This document shows positions 1 through 6,739 of a stretch of 29,666 bases of DNA, one piece after another. A program made the translations under genes and the position numbers. Source of the stretch: Anaerolineaceae bacterium. GTDB taxonomy: Bacteria; Chloroflexota; Anaerolineae; Anaerolineales; Anaerolineaceae. The DNA lies in NCBI GenBank assembly GCA_011620465.1, contig WOZC01000171.1, positions 1-29,666 of the forward strand, given 5' to 3'. Within the stretch, counting starts at the first letter, position 1; each line of letters opens with the position of its first letter. Below the pieces are notes generated by a model. That model did not search any database, had not been told where the DNA came from, and saw nothing but the letters and a program-made list of their open reading frames with translations.

Positions 1-32
1 CTAAGTGGCTTGCTACTTAACGAGATTGTCAT
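1..32 (-). CDS. possible 5' end of a divergently transcribed gene (MTISLSSKPL...), truncated by the window edge
   Basis: CAT at 30-32. The frame is open to the window edge, with a purine-rich stretch upstream on the - strand. Only 10 codons are visible. Confidence 0.2.
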   Translation of the reverse strand, partial: MTISLSSKPL

Positions 33-167
33 GTGGTTTTATTCTTCTGGATCTCTCTCTTTCTTGTTTTTGTATAACGCACGCTGGTAGCAGGGGGTCA
101 TACTTTCACGGGTTATGGAACCTATTTACCGATCACTATCAAATAATTAAGTTACAAATTTCTGAAT

Positions 168-195
168 CAGAGGCTGCTTCTACAGGCAGCCTCTG
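168..195. other. perfect 10-bp inverted repeat (stem-loop)
   Basis: CAGAGGCTGC (168-177) / GCAGCCTCTG (186-195), 8-nt loop, no clear U-tract. Confidence 0.6.
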
Positions 196-229
196 CAATA
201 TTATTCAGCTTCACAGGGCTCTTCTCGGT

Positions 230-235
230 TATAAT
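230..235 (+). promoter_or_regulatory. -10 box of a probable leaderless or near-leaderless promoter
   Basis: TATAAT 9 nt upstream of ATG 245, which has no Shine-Dalgarno. Confidence 0.5.
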
Positions 236-244
236 CATCAGATT

Positions 245-571
245 ATGGACATCAGACAACTGACTGAAAAAATGAACCAACTGGTCGATCATCACGGCTG
301 GTATGATCTGGATTCACCCAAAGCCCAAACGCCACGCAACCTGGCGATTTCGCTTTGCCTGGAAACAGCTGAGGTGCTGGAGCATTTTCAGTGGTCAGAA
401 AAACCCAAAAACAAGCCGGAGTTTGAAGGTGAATTAGCCGATGTGGCACTCTACCTGCTGCAAATCGCGAGCGTCAGCGGAATCGACCTCGAACAGGCGA
501 TTTTGACAAAAATCGAACAAAATTGGGACCGCGTCTGGCAGGAAGATCAAGAAATGAAGATGCAGGAATGA
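245..571 (+). CDS. MazG-like / dCTP pyrophosphatase-like nucleotide pyrophosphohydrolase
   Basis: NLAISLCLETAEVLEHFQW...ELADVALYLLQIA..GIDLEQAILTKIEQN carries the ExxE...ExxD all-alpha NTP-PPase pattern. Start moved from 5 to ATG 245 because the upstream extension looks non-coding. Confidence 0.85.
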   Translation: MDIRQLTEKMNQLVDHHGWYDLDSPKAQTPRNLAISLCLETAEVLEHFQWSEKPKNKPEFEGELADVALYLLQIASVSGIDLEQAILTKIEQNWDRVWQEDQEMKMQE

Positions 572-1122
572 TCGTATCAGTTTTTGGTTCCGCCGCGCCA
601 CTGCCCGGGCAGCCTCTCTACCAGGACGCCCTTGAATTGGGACGTTTATTGGGAGAGCACGGTTTTTCGGTCATGACCGGCGGTTATTGTGGCACGATGG
701 AAGCTGTCTCAGGCGGTGCCAATGAGGCTGGTACTAACGTGATCGGGGTAACCTGCCGTCAAATCGAAGATTATCGCCCGACAGGACCAAACGGCTGGGT
801 TCAGCAGGTTCATGCTACCGACTTACTTTCGGAACGCATTGAATTGCTCACTTCCAATGCTGACGCATTTATTGCCTTACCAGGTGGAATTGGCACATTA
901 GCCGAAATTTCCATGGTGTTCAATAAGATGGTCATTTCTTCCATTCCTTCCCAGGTATTGATCCTTGTTGGGGAAGGCTGGAAGCAAACTTTTGAAACTT
1001 TTTTCAATGGACAGGCTGAAAATGTTAACGCTCGAACTCGGCAACTGCCACATTTTGCAAAAGACCCTCAGGACGCGGTAAGAATATTAATCCAATTACT
1101 TCAGGAGAATAACAATGGATGA
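568..1122 (+). CDS. LOG family protein (nucleotide monophosphate phosphoribohydrolase-like, SLOG Rossmann fold)
   Basis: VSVFGSA, TGGYCGTMEAVSGGA and DAFIALPGGIGTLAEI (PGGxGTxxE). ATG 568 overlaps the upstream stop (ATGA). Confidence 0.88.
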   Translation: MIVSVFGSAAPLPGQPLYQDALELGRLLGEHGFSVMTGGYCGTMEAVSGGANEAGTNVIGVTCRQIEDYRPTGPNGWVQQVHATDLLSERIELLTSNADAFIALPGGIGTLAEISMVFNKMVISSIPSQVLILVGEGWKQTFETFFNGQAENVNARTRQLPHFAKDPQDAVRILIQLLQENNNG

Positions 1123-2551
1123 GAAAAAACTCCCAACCCAGGCAGAAAACTTTTCTGAATGGTACAACCAGTTAGTATTACGTTCTGAATTAGCCGATTA
1201 CTCGCCAGTACGCGGCTGCATGGTCGTACGCCCTTATGGCTGGGCGCTCTGGGAGAACATCCAAAAAGCTCTTGACAAGCGCTTCAAAGCCACAGGGCAT
1301 GTCAACGCTGCCTTCCCCCTGCTCATCCCGCAGTCGTTCATGACCAAGGAGAAGGAACATGTGGAGGGTTTCTCCCCTGAACTTGCTGTGGTCACCTATG
1401 GCGGTGGGCAGGAATTGGAAGAACCGCTAATCATTCGCCCAACATCAGAAACCATAATAGGTACCATGTATTCAAAATGGATCCAAAGTTACCGCGACTT
1501 GCCCGTTTTAATTAACCAGTGGGCTAACGTTGTGCGCTGGGAGATGCGTACCAAGCTCTTTTTACGCACACTTGAATTCTACTGGCAGGAAGGGCATACC
1601 GCTCACGCTACCGAACAGGAAGCAGTGGAAGAGACAGAACGTATGCTCAACGTCTACACCGATTTTGCTATAAATGAGGCAGCCGTTCCAGTTCTTCCGG
1701 GTCAAAAATCTGAAACGGAGAAGTTCGCCGGAGCCAAAGCCACCTATTCGATTGAAGCGATGATGGGCGACACCAAAGCTCTACAGTCAGGTACCTCTCA
1801 TTTTCTTGGTCAAAACTTTGCCAAAGCCTTTGACATGAAATTCCTGGATGAAAACAACCAGCTTCAATATTGCTGGACCACCTCCTGGGGCGTGTCCACC
1901 CGCTTTATCGGCGCGATCATCATGACCCATGGTGACGACCAGGGGCTGATCCTGCCCCCGAACCTGGCGCCTTACCAGGTCGTGATCGTTCCAATCTTCC
2001 GCAAAGACGAAGAAAAAGCTTCTGTCATGGAAGTGGTCAACAAGGTGGCAGAAGGGTTGGTGAACAAGGACTTCCGTGTCAAAGTGGACGAACGCGAAGG
2101 ACTTACCCCCGGTTTCAAGTTCAATGACTGGGAGCTCAAAGGTGTTCCGTTACGCATCGAAATTGGACCTAAAGACGTCGAGAAGGGCACGCTCGCCCTG
2201 GCACGCCGTGACATTTTGGGCAAAGCAGGCAAGAGTTTCATCCCGATGGAAGGCTACGTTCAGGCTGTGGGCGATATACTCAACGCTATTCAAGCGAATT
2301 TGCTGGCAAAAGCCACCAAATTCCGCGATGAGCACATCTTTGAGGTGTCAGATTACGAAAACTTCAAGGATGTGGTTGAAAACAAAGGCTGGGCTGTTGG
2401 ATGGTGGTTTGATGACGCCGAAAATGAAGCCAAAATCAAAGAAGACACCCATGCCACACTACGCAACTATGCTCCAGCGGAAGGCGAAGGCGTTTGTTTC
2501 TATTCTGGTAAAAAGACCACCAAGCGAGCTTACTTCGCCAAAGGGTATTAG
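1115..2551 (+). CDS. proS: proline--tRNA ligase, archaeal/eukaryotic type (no INS editing domain)
   Basis: FSEWY...DYSPVRGCMV, RPTSET, QWANVVRWE, FLRTLEFYWQEGHTAH and SWGVSTR motifs; anticodon-binding domain (KFNDWELKGVPLRIEIGPKD); C-terminal FAKGY. Confidence 0.98.
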   Translation: MDEKKLPTQAENFSEWYNQLVLRSELADYSPVRGCMVVRPYGWALWENIQKALDKRFKATGHVNAAFPLLIPQSFMTKEKEHVEGFSPELAVVTYGGGQELEEPLIIRPTSETIIGTMYSKWIQSYRDLPVLINQWANVVRWEMRTKLFLRTLEFYWQEGHTAHATEQEAVEETERMLNVYTDFAINEAAVPVLPGQKSETEKFAGAKATYSIEAMMGDTKALQSGTSHFLGQNFAKAFDMKFLDENNQLQYCWTTSWGVSTRFIGAIIMTHGDDQGLILPPNLAPYQVVIVPIFRKDEEKASVMEVVNKVAEGLVNKDFRVKVDEREGLTPGFKFNDWELKGVPLRIEIGPKDVEKGTLALARRDILGKAGKSFIPMEGYVQAVGDILNAIQANLLAKATKFRDEHIFEVSDYENFKDVVENKGWAVGWWFDDAENEAKIKEDTHATLRNYAPAEGEGVCFYSGKKTTKRAYFAKGY

Positions 2552-2571
2552 CGTCAGAAGTGTTATTAAAG

Positions 2572-2602
2572 AAAGCTGTCCGCTGTAGGGCAGCTTTTTT
2601 TT
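2572..2602 (+). terminator. Rho-independent terminator of the mazG-like/LOG/proS unit
   Basis: AAAGCTGTCC / GGGCAGCTTT stem (one G-U pair) running into a T8 tract. Confidence 0.85.
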
Positions 2603-2782
2603 CGTAGGTCGTGTTCTGCCCTTGAGACCGCCTGGCGAAGCTGATTTTCGTTGGGGCAGGCAACTCTTTACCCAAGAAACATAATAAATCAGCTCATCAT
2701 CTCCTGTCTGGCTGAGTTGGTTTGCGAGTTCTTAGTTTGTAATCAATTGAGGCAGAGTGTCTCATCTCTCTCGAAGATACTG

Positions 2783-2788
2783 TAAAAT
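2783..2788 (+). promoter_or_regulatory. -10 box of a probable leaderless promoter
   Basis: TAAAAT 9 nt upstream of ATG 2798, with no SD. Confidence 0.4.
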
Positions 2789-2797
2789 TAACCTACC

Positions 2798-3640
2798 ATG
2801 ACTGCTATTGACCTGACCCGCCTGGACCAACAAATCGATCACCTGGCAACGCTCTACCAGGATCCTGCCGCATTCCAGGAAGAATTCCATACCATCCTTT
2901 CCTTCTACCACCGATATTCACACCGCAAACAAAAAGACGCTGTTCCCAAGAGTTTCATGCGTAATTATGACCTGCCAGAGAAAGTCCTGGCGCACACGGA
3001 AGCGCGCTTGAAGCCGTTGTCAATCGTCCACCCCGACGAAGTCCTCAAGTTGATCGATCAGTTCTGGACCGACACTTTCTATGAAGCGAGGGAATTTGCC
3101 ACCAGCCTGGCAGGAAACTTACCTATCTCCTATTCCGAATCCGTGCTGGAGTTGGTTTATAACTGGCTGCAACAACCCCTTGACCAGGCTGTTATCGACG
3201 CAATTATTGCAAACTCCTCGCGAACTATACTTCAAAAAGCTCCGGAAAAATGGAAGGACTTGATCAACCGGCTGCTGTTTTCATCCCGGCAGCAGAGCCA
3301 AAAGGTAGGGCTGCTTGCGCTGGCAAGGTTGATCCCCAGCAGCGCGATGGATGAACTGCCAATGTTCTTTGGCTGGATCAGGGGATTCTTGCTCAGCCCC
3401 GATCCCATGCTGGACAAATACATACAACCTGTCATCGAAGCCCTTGCCCTAAAATCTCAGCAAGAAAGTGCCTACCTGTTGCGGGAAGTGTTGGCTGACA
3501 GTAATGATGCCCGTATAGGTCGCCGGATCCGCCATTTTTTGGATTTTTTCGATGAACCGAGTAAGACCAGGATCTTGACCGCGATCAAAAACCAGGTCAT
3601 CATTCCCGGCACAAGCTCGAAAGATACAAACAATGAGTAG
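2798..3640 (+). CDS. DNA alkylation repair-like protein (AlkD/HEAT-repeat alpha-solenoid)
   Basis: All-helical pattern; segments such as LIDQFWTDTFYEAREFATSLAG resemble the AlkD-like LW...E.R..A repeat. Catalytic residues not confirmed. Confidence 0.55.
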   Translation: MTAIDLTRLDQQIDHLATLYQDPAAFQEEFHTILSFYHRYSHRKQKDAVPKSFMRNYDLPEKVLAHTEARLKPLSIVHPDEVLKLIDQFWTDTFYEAREFATSLAGNLPISYSESVLELVYNWLQQPLDQAVIDAIIANSSRTILQKAPEKWKDLINRLLFSSRQQSQKVGLLALARLIPSSAMDELPMFFGWIRGFLLSPDPMLDKYIQPVIEALALKSQQESAYLLREVLADSNDARIGRRIRHFLDFFDEPSKTRILTAIKNQVIIPGTSSKDTNNE

Positions 3641-3745
3641 ATTCGACCTGTATTACATATCGAGATGATTTGTGGTGGTCATTAATGATTTAGAATGACG
3701 TGCTCGTCAAACCCCGCCACCATCAAACCAAAGTAAACTTAAGCA

Positions 3746-4537
3746 ATGAACATGAATTTGAAAAGAGCTGTGATTTTTATAATCCTGCCTTTGGTCCTTC
3801 TGGTAACAGCCTGCCAGGTTGAACCAGTTGAAACAGTGACAGGAACTAAAGTCACAACCCAAACAGCGACTGCCAGCCCTTCACCAACCTCAACCGAAAC
3901 TCCAACACCTACATCAGCGCCAATGTCTGTCGAAACACCGGTTTCAACTCCCATCATGACCACCCCTATCACCACTTATCCTGAAAGCCACTACATTTCT
4001 GCGATAGTCGGTCACAAACAAACCTACGAACTGGGCTGCGAAGCCAGTGCAGCGGTCGATTGGGCTGGCTTTTTTGGGGTTGATATTTTTGAATCCACTT
4101 TCCAATATTCTCTTCCGCCTTCGGACAATCCTGATTACGGTTTTGTGGGAGAGGTTACCACCGACGCCTGGGGGCAGATTCCACCTTATGCCTATGGGGT
4201 GCATGCCGGACCAATTGCGGATGTTTTGGTCGACTTTGGACTGCCTGCAGTTGCAATGTCGAACTATTCGATTGAAGAAGTAAAGCAAAAATTATCAGAA
4301 AACAAGCCCATCATCGTCTGGGTAATCGGCAATATGGAATACAGTGAATCGGTGGAATATGTTGACGCGGAAGGTAGAATCGCTATCGTAGCTCCTTATG
4401 AACACGTCGTTATCCTGACCGGCTACAACCTGACCCACCTGCGCTATATGAACAATGGCAAGTTTTTTGACACACCTATCAATGTATTTCTCACCTCGTG
4501 GGGAGTCCTCGGAAATATGGCGGTAATTTATGACTGA
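3746..4537 (+). CDS. lipoprotein with T/P/S linker and C39-like (papain-fold) peptidase domain
   Basis: Lipobox LLVTAC, T/P-rich linker, Q-x5-C (KQTYELGCE), YGVH, EHVVILTGY. The start could be 3746 or 3752. Confidence 0.8.
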   Translation: MNMNLKRAVIFIILPLVLLVTACQVEPVETVTGTKVTTQTATASPSPTSTETPTPTSAPMSVETPVSTPIMTTPITTYPESHYISAIVGHKQTYELGCEASAAVDWAGFFGVDIFESTFQYSLPPSDNPDYGFVGEVTTDAWGQIPPYAYGVHAGPIADVLVDFGLPAVAMSNYSIEEVKQKLSENKPIIVWVIGNMEYSESVEYVDAEGRIAIVAPYEHVVILTGYNLTHLRYMNNGKFFDTPINVFLTSWGVLGNMAVIYD

Positions 4538-5054
4538 AGAATTTGACATCATTGAGACAGTTGAGGAGGTTCAGGAGGTTGAGGAACCCGAACTGGTCAG
4601 CAAAAAAGGCTGCAGAAAGGCGATGGCGCTCCTAGTCATACTGACTCTCCTATTTTCGGCTGCTGTTCCGCTCATCTACTTTATTGCTCGAAAGAGTTAC
4701 GAACGCCAGGTGGAAGCCTTTCCAAGTGAAGTTTGCAAGAACCTTTCCAAGGCGGGTCTTTCTACCCTGGTATGCGACCCCTTGTTGGGAATTGTTGAAT
4801 TCGTACCTAAAACCTTCTCAATCGGTGAACCAAAAAGTGTTGTATCCGCTGCCATGAAGGATTTTCTTGTCCAGGCACAAACAGGAGTTAGCCAAGCTGG
4901 CTGCCTTCAACCGGAACTTTGGAGATTTTCCGTGGCAAAATCCTTTTTGGGATGGCAAACGGAAGTCGAGTTCCTTTTCTGTTCCGGTGTATTGGTTGAG
5001 CGAACAATTCTAATCAATGGTAAGCCTGTCACTCTTCCCACCTACGATATGTAA
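4530..5054 (+). CDS. hypothetical single-pass membrane protein
   Basis: Acidic N-terminus, one hydrophobic helix (ALLVILTLLFSAAVPLIYFIA) and a C-terminal domain with 4 Cys. Overlaps the upstream stop by 8 nt. Confidence 0.7.
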   Translation: MTEEFDIIETVEEVQEVEEPELVSKKGCRKAMALLVILTLLFSAAVPLIYFIARKSYERQVEAFPSEVCKNLSKAGLSTLVCDPLLGIVEFVPKTFSIGEPKSVVSAAMKDFLVQAQTGVSQAGCLQPELWRFSVAKSFLGWQTEVEFLFCSGVLVERTILINGKPVTLPTYDM

Positions 5055-5098
5055 TTTCCCGTTTTTGTCATTTTTTACTAAGAATTCTCAAATCAGGT

Positions 5099-5130
5099 TA
5101 CAATAAACAAAACTACTCAATAATTGAGTA
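5099..5130 (+). promoter_or_regulatory. modABC promoter -10 box plus palindromic operator candidate
   Basis: TACAAT at 5099-5104. TACTCAA-taa-TTGAGTA (5114-5130) lies between it and the SD GGAGGA (5137-5142). Confidence 0.55.
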
Positions 5131-5146
5131 TTATCTGGAGGAACAA

Positions 5147-5959
5147 TTGAGAAAATTATTAACAATCCTGATGATATTTGCACTTCTTCTTACCGGCTGC
5201 CAGACACAGCCTGCCGCCGAAACCCCTCAGCCTGCTGAAGAGGTGGAACTGAATGTTTTTGCTGCAGCATCACTGACCGAAACGTTTGAACAGATTGGAA
5301 AGCTCTTTGAAGCTGCCAATCCGGGAGTCAAGGTAATCTTCACCTTCGATTCATCCGGCACCCTCAAAACTCAAATCGAGGAAGGCGCCCTTGCAGATGT
5401 GTTCGTTTCCGCTGCCCAGAAACAAATGAACCAGTTGGAAGCCGGCAATGCTGCTAATACTGAGGGTCTCGATTTCATCCAGACAGACACCCGGGTCAAC
5501 ATAGTAGAAAACAAAGTGACCCTGACAGTTCCTTCAGGCAATCCAAAAGGCGTGAAAACCTTTGCAGACCTGGCGTCGGATAGTGTCACGATTATCGCCC
5601 TGGGTAATTCCGATGTGCCAGTTGGGCAGTACTCAGAAGAACTCTTGATTAATTTGGGTATCTGGGAGCAAATTCAACCAAAGATCACCTTCGGCTCGAA
5701 CGTAAAAGAGGTCACAACCTGGGTTTCCGAAGGTGTGGCAGATTGCGGAATCATTTACAAAACCGATGCCTTCTCTGCTAATCTTGAGGTTGTAGCTGAA
5801 GCTGGCACCGACTTGTTAAAGACTCCAGTCGTTTATCCTGGGGCTGTCTTGAAAAACACTCAGCATCCAGCTGAAGCAAATGCCTTCCTGGATTTTCTCC
5901 GCTCCGCGGAAGTACAGGCAATCTTGACCGGTGTTGGGTTTTCCATCCCGCAAAATTAA
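5147..5959 (+). CDS. modA: molybdate ABC transporter substrate-binding lipoprotein
   Basis: TTG start with strong SD; lipobox LLLTGC; FAAASL, DSSGTL, VPVGQY, NVKEV and YPGAVL motifs. Confidence 0.95.
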   Translation: MRKLLTILMIFALLLTGCQTQPAAETPQPAEEVELNVFAAASLTETFEQIGKLFEAANPGVKVIFTFDSSGTLKTQIEEGALADVFVSAAQKQMNQLEAGNAANTEGLDFIQTDTRVNIVENKVTLTVPSGNPKGVKTFADLASDSVTIIALGNSDVPVGQYSEELLINLGIWEQIQPKITFGSNVKEVTTWVSEGVADCGIIYKTDAFSANLEVVAEAGTDLLKTPVVYPGAVLKNTQHPAEANAFLDFLRSAEVQAILTGVGFSIPQN

Positions 5960-5977
5960 GCACTAACAAACTATCTC

Positions 5978-6015
5978 CTTCAACGCGATGAGCGATGCTG
6001 CTCATCGCGTTGAAG
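5978..6015. other. perfect 16-bp stem-loop between modA and modB
   Basis: CTTCAACGCGATGAGC (5978-5993) / GCTCATCGCGTTGAAG (6000-6015), 6-nt loop, no U-tract. Confidence 0.8.
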
Positions 6016-6019
6016 AAAC

Positions 6020-6028
6020 TGGTACAAT
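6020..6028 (+). promoter_or_regulatory. extended -10 promoter (TGnTACAAT), possibly driving leaderless modBC
   Basis: TGGTACAAT ends 6 nt before ATG 6035; no SD is present. Confidence 0.5.
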
Positions 6029-6034
6029 CTTCCA

Positions 6035-6739
6035 ATGATCTTCCCACAAATGGATTGGTTCCCGCTTTTGAATTCCTTGCGGGTTGCCATAATAAGTACT
6101 GTCGTTATCTTTTTCAGTGGGATCTATGCCGCCTGGCACATCGCCAAATTACCGCACCTTTTCAAGGGCATTCTGGATGTGATTTTGACTTTGCCACTGG
6201 TGTTGCCCCCCACAGTAGTCGGTTTCTTTTTATTAAAAATGCTGGGTCCTTATTCAGCCATCGGGAGTTTCTTGATCAACACTGCTAACACCCGCCTGGT
6301 GATGGAGTGGTATTCTGCCATTTTCGCTTCGGTTGTTGTTGCATTCCCATTAATGTACCGTACCGCGCGAGGAGCTTTTGAGAGTTTTGACCCAGACCTG
6401 CAATACGCAGGGCAGACACTGGGGATGCCCAACTGGAAGATTTTCTGGAAGATCGTGGTGCCAACCTGCAAACAGGGAATTTTGGCAGGAACAGTGTTGG
6501 CTTTTGCTCGCGCCTTGGGCGAATATGGTGCTACCAGCATGATCTCCGGCTATACTCCAGGAAGAACTGCAACAATCTCAACAACAGTCTACCAATTATG
6601 GCGAACAGGCGATGACGCGCAGGCTTACCTTTGGGTATTGATTAATATTGCGATCAGTTGTGTGGTGCTGTTTGCGATCAACTCTTTGGAAGCTAAAAAC
6701 TCAACCAAACACCCAGTCAGGGATCTGGAGCGCAGCTAA
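6035..6739 (+). CDS. modB: molybdate ABC transporter permease
   Basis: LPLVLPPTVVGFFLL, FPLMYRTARGAFE and FARALGEYGAT motifs. Alternative start at ATG 6050 (MDW). Confidence 0.96.
   Translation: MIFPQMDWFPLLNSLRVAIISTVVIFFSGIYAAWHIAKLPHLFKGILDVILTLPLVLPPTVVGFFLLKMLGPYSAIGSFLINTANTRLVMEWYSAIFASVVVAFPLMYRTARGAFESFDPDLQYAGQTLGMPNWKIFWKIVVPTCKQGILAGTVLAFARALGEYGATSMISGYTPGRTATISTTVYQLWRTGDDAQAYLWVLINIAISCVVLFAINSLEAKNSTKHPVRDLERS

Noticed and set aside
5-244. 80-codon N-terminal extension of the MazG-like ORF
   Set aside because: It has no family-like sequence, spans a hairpin and promoter-like motifs, and the domain begins at Met 245.
2436-2675. 79-aa - strand ORF overlapping the proS end and terminator
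   Set aside because: It runs through a terminator hairpin and antisense into proS, with no SD or motif.
3665-3730. Fluoride-riboswitch-like words on the - strand (GATGGTGG...TAATGACCACC)
   Set aside because: The P1 stem cannot form, and the downstream sequence on that strand is antisense to a gene rather than a fluoride exporter.
5055-5146. Moco/Wco riboswitch or ModE box upstream of modA
   Set aside because: The leader is too short and AT-rich for the riboswitch, and there is no ModE consensus.
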